From Camelus ferus (Eukaryota), in contig NC_045698.1 of NCBI RefSeq assembly GCF_009834535.1, positions 13,642,001 to 13,706,000 on the forward strand: a stretch of 64,000 bases of DNA. The letters are read 5' to 3'. The notes beneath the pieces were generated by a model. That model searched no databases. It was not told the DNA's origin and was given only the letters and a program-made list of their open reading frames with translations. Shown piece by piece: positions 62,290-64,000 of the stretch. A program made the translations under genes and the position numbers. How positions within the stretch are numbered: position 1 is the stretch's first letter; each line of letters starts with the position of its first letter.

Positions 62290-63475
62290 AAATCATACCC
62301 AACATTAGTTAGGATGATCAAATTAAAATTCACAATGGTGTACCACTTTGCATTTACCAGCATGAGTATAATAAGTGAAATAATGGGACAGTCACTTTTA
62401 GGAGTCACTGACTGAATCAGGGATATCCAGATATTTGGTTAAACCTTATTTCTGGGTGTGTCTATTAAGATATTTCCAGATGAGATTAGCATTTAAATCA
62501 ATGGATTCATTAAAATAGATCACACTCCCCAGTGTGAGTGTCTATAATCCAATCCACTGAGGTCCTGAATGGATCAAAAGGCAGAAGAAGCTGGAAGTTG
62601 CCTCTTTTTTCCTGTCTCCCTGCTGAACTGAGCATCACATCTCATCTTCCCTGGCCTTTGGACTTGGATTTGCAGCATGAGCTCCCCTGGTTCTCAGGTC
62701 TTAGGAATTACGCCACAGGATTTTCCTGCGACTCCAGCTTGGATGGGATTGTTCAGCACCCATAGTTGTGCGAAGCCAATTCCTCATTACATATCTCCTT
62801 TTATATCCCTTGGTTCTCTTTTTCTAGAGAACCCTAAAAGAGACAGTAACATGTTGACTTGAATGTGGAGAAACTGGAACTCACATACATTACATGTGGA
62901 AAAGTAAATCGATCAGCTACTTTGGAAAACTGTATGGCAGTTTCAAAATAGAGTTGCCACATAGTCTGGCAATTCCGATCCTAAACTTCTGCCCAAGAGA
63001 CAAGAAAACACATGTCCATAAAAGGACGTGTATATAAGTGTTTACAGCAGCATTATTTCTAATAGCTAAAAATTGGAAATAATTCAAATGTCCATTTACT
63101 GATGAATTCATAAACAAAATGATAAATATCTATGCACTGGAATATTATTTAGCAATAGGAAGAATGCAGTATTGATACACACTACAGTAAGGATGAACAT
63201 GATGTTAAGGGAAAGAAGCTAGTCACAAAAGATGACACTGCAAGATTCTCTCTTAATGTAAAATATTCAAAATAAGAAAATCCATTGGGAAAGAAATTAG
63301 TGGTTGCCTATGGCTAATGAAAGCTAAAGCATGGGGGTTGGACACTGACATGTATAGGGAAGTATTGCTAAATTATGATCATGGTTGCATCATTCTGCAA
63401 ACATTCCTAAAATCATTGAACTGTGCATCTCAGTAGGTAAACTTTATCCTATGTAAATTTTATATCAATGAAGAT
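62290..63475 (+). mobile_element. Old LINE-1 3' portion interrupted by an MLT2 LTR
   Basis: 'aaattaaaattcacaatggtgtaccactt' precedes the LTR and 'gaatgtggagaaactggaactcacatacatt...actttggaaaactg...tttacagcagcattatttctaatagc...tatgtaaattttatatcaat' follows it. Confidence 0.8.
62385..62845 (+). mobile_element. MLT2 (ERVL) solo LTR
   Basis: 'ccagatatttggttaaaccttatttctgggtgtgtct...tttccagatgagattagcattt...atccaatccactgaggtcctgaat...gctcccctggttctcagg...ttggttctctttttctagagaaccct...aca'. Confidence 0.88.
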
Positions 63476-64000
63476 GTCACAACAAAGTAATTGTAAATGT
63501 TTTCTTTTGAATCTAAATCTGGCTGGAACTAGTGAATACCTTCAGATCAATAAACAGTCACAAATTGTCACTTTCTCTGTTTCCCCAAGAATTTATGAGG
63601 ACAAACTTTTGCAGAAATTGTGTCTAACTTTTCTGATGGTATGTGTTGCCCAGAATCCTCTCTCAGCATGTCCCTTCACACTAATTAAGTGTCTCAATGA
63701 TTCAAGAGAGTTTCTTCAAGACTCACTTCAGAGACATGAAGCTTCCCAAGCAATCACCAGAGATTTCCTTTTTTTCTCTCTTAGAAAGAGAAACATAGAC
63801 AAAAACAAATAAACTCCAACAATGTTAAATATTATGCTCAAGTAAATAATTGTCACACCCTGCCATCCATCTTCTTGAACATTATTGCAACAGATGGAAC
63901 ATTCAAAACTTGCTGAGTTCCCTTGAGAATCTTCTGTTCAACAATTTTGTGTAGTGTGATTGCTGGAGAACAGTTGCCCTGTCTGGAAGGATGGAGTGAA

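Noticed and set aside
1..64000. A previously undescribed biological system
   Set aside because: Everything recognisable is explained by known mammalian repeats, microsatellites and unique non-coding DNA. I saw no intact gene, array or structured RNA that would support such a claim.

Overview
AT-rich, CpG-depleted mammalian non-coding DNA (intergenic or deep intronic). It is most likely from a camelid, judged from one tRNA-Ala-derived Vic-1-type SINE, the young L1 3' ends, and the absence of Alu, Bov-A/Bov-tA, PRE1, B1/B2 and CAN SINEs. I found no host protein-coding gene, rRNA, bona fide tRNA or CRISPR array. The only ORFs with recognisable products are broken LINE-1 ORF2 pieces; a decayed ERVL pol can also be read across frameshifts. 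Much of the window is transposable-element debris: L1 of several ages, L2, L3/CR1, MIR, ERVL/MaLR LTRs and internal pieces, and hAT DNA transposon relics, plus microsatellites. The most notable structures are two L1 insertions with twin-priming 5' inversions (8.9-10.7 kb and 52.1-53.6 kb), an apparent ~270-bp micro-inversion inside an ancient L2 (30.2-30.4 kb), a 288-bp pure pyrimidine/purine tract, and several repeat-free blocks that may be conserved non-coding elements. I found no evidence of a previously undescribed biological system. Repeat families were assigned from recalled consensus motifs, without a database search, and boundaries of old repeats are approximate.
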